This document shows, piece by piece, positions 63,471 through 64,000 of a stretch of DNA of 64,000 bases (within the stretch, counting starts at the first letter, position 1; the number at the start of each line of letters is the position of its first letter). The stretch covers positions 10,205 to 74,204 of the forward strand of contig JAMCWL010000103.1 in the NCBI GenBank assembly GCA_023481285.1, in the 5' to 3' direction. Both the position numbers and the translations under genes were made by a program. The notes beneath the pieces were generated by a model. The model did not search any database. It worked only from the letters and a program-made list of their open reading frames with translations, and was not told where the DNA came from. Source of the stretch: Actinomycetota bacterium (GTDB taxonomy: Bacteria > Actinomycetota > Aquicultoria > Aquicultorales > JAMCWL01).

Positions 63471-63808
63471 AGCTGCATTTCGCGCCCGTAATCGTCGGCA
63501 AGCCGGTGAGTGTCGTCCTCGTTTGAGTAGCCGAAGGCAATCTCAAGCACCCTTGCCCTCTTTCCGACGGACTTGAGGCGGTGCACCTGCCCGGCCGGTA
63601 TGAAGAACTCGTCGCCGACATGGGCGTCGTGCACCTCGTCACCGACCTGGACGCGAATGCCATCATCCAGGATAACCCAGGTGTCGCTTCTTAAGTTGTG
63701 CCAGTGGAGGCTCGTCTCCTGGTCGGGGTCGAAGACGAGAAGCTTGACAGAGCAGCTCTTGTTGAGCGCGTATTGCTTGTAATGGCCCCACGGTTTATCC
63801 ACCAGCAT
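63467..63808 (-). CDS. Cupin-domain protein (type II phosphomannose isomerase-like)
   Basis: KPWGHYKQY...SLHWHNLRSDTWVIL...IPAGQVHRL is the cupin_2/PMI signature. Confidence 0.7.
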   Translation of the reverse strand: MLVDKPWGHYKQYALNKSCSVKLLVFDPDQETSLHWHNLRSDTWVILDDGIRVQVGDEVHDAHVGDEFFIPAGQVHRLKSVGKRARVLEIAFGYSNEDDTHRLADDYGREMQL

Positions 63809-63868
63809 TTATCCCACCACTACATTTATAACCAATACGTGACTGGCAGCGCAATGGGGGATTGCCAC

Positions 63869-64000
63869 TTAAGACATGGTTTTTAGGAGATTCGCCATCT
63901 CGATGGCGGAGACGGCCGCCTGCCAACCCTTGTTCCCGCTCTTCGCTCCAGCCCTTTCGATCGCCTGCTCGATGGTGTCGGCGGTGACCACACCGTTGAT
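63869..64000 (-). CDS. 3' end (43 codons) of an unidentified gene truncated by the window edge
   Basis: The frame is open from the window edge to the TAA at 63871-63869 and reads [44 protein letters not shown] do not recognise the family. Confidence 0.5.
   Translation of the reverse strand: MNGVVTADTIEQAIERAGAKSGNKGWQAAVSAIEMANLLKTMS

Overview
This 64-kb bacterial window is about 55-60% GC by eye and is probably from an uncultured Gram-positive-type, Actinomycetota-like or Chloroflexota-like anaerobe; that placement is inference only. Most of it is a housekeeping backbone. It carries thrS-infC-rpmI-rplT, a T-box leader with pheS-pheT, ffh-rpsP-KH-rimM, gltX, dapA, an archaeal-type SAM synthetase, a TreT-like trehalose synthase, two tandem pilT genes, a MacB-like ABC pair, a P1B metal ATPase, and PAS/GAF/PP2C sensor proteins. 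It also carries a glycosylation set: three GT39 paralogues, a GT2, a GT-B enzyme, and a 1220-aa BNR/FG-GAP surface protein. I found seven tRNA genes: Gly-GCC, Cys-GCA and Val-GAC in one cluster, plus Ala-CGC, Glu-CUC and Gln-CUG. Two tRNA-adjacent accessory patches hold toxin-antitoxin modules (GNAT toxin, hicBA, DUF4258/YgiT), an AbiV-like gene, several decayed tyrosine-integrase 3' fragments and a transposase fragment. One patch lies at 23.0-31.0 kb and the other at 58.8-59.3 kb. The observations most worth a second look are: (1) a BCP/PrxQ-type peroxiredoxin with an in-frame TGA exactly at the catalytic Cys position, a likely selenocysteine that the ORF track splits; (2) short tandem 6-9-nt word repeats rich in stop triplets in nearly every intergenic gap; (3) a ~60-nt inverted repeat pair 29.3 kb apart that abuts truncated mobile-element genes; (4) a REP-like GCACGCC-N4-GGCGTGC hairpin family; (5) a translationally coupled operon of a CofE-like gene, a PLP decarboxylase and a membrane protein; (6) a frameshifted hicA and a non-AUG (ATC) infC start. 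I found no CRISPR array, no rRNA and no intact transposase or integrase. All calls come from reading the sequence and translations by eye, with no database search.
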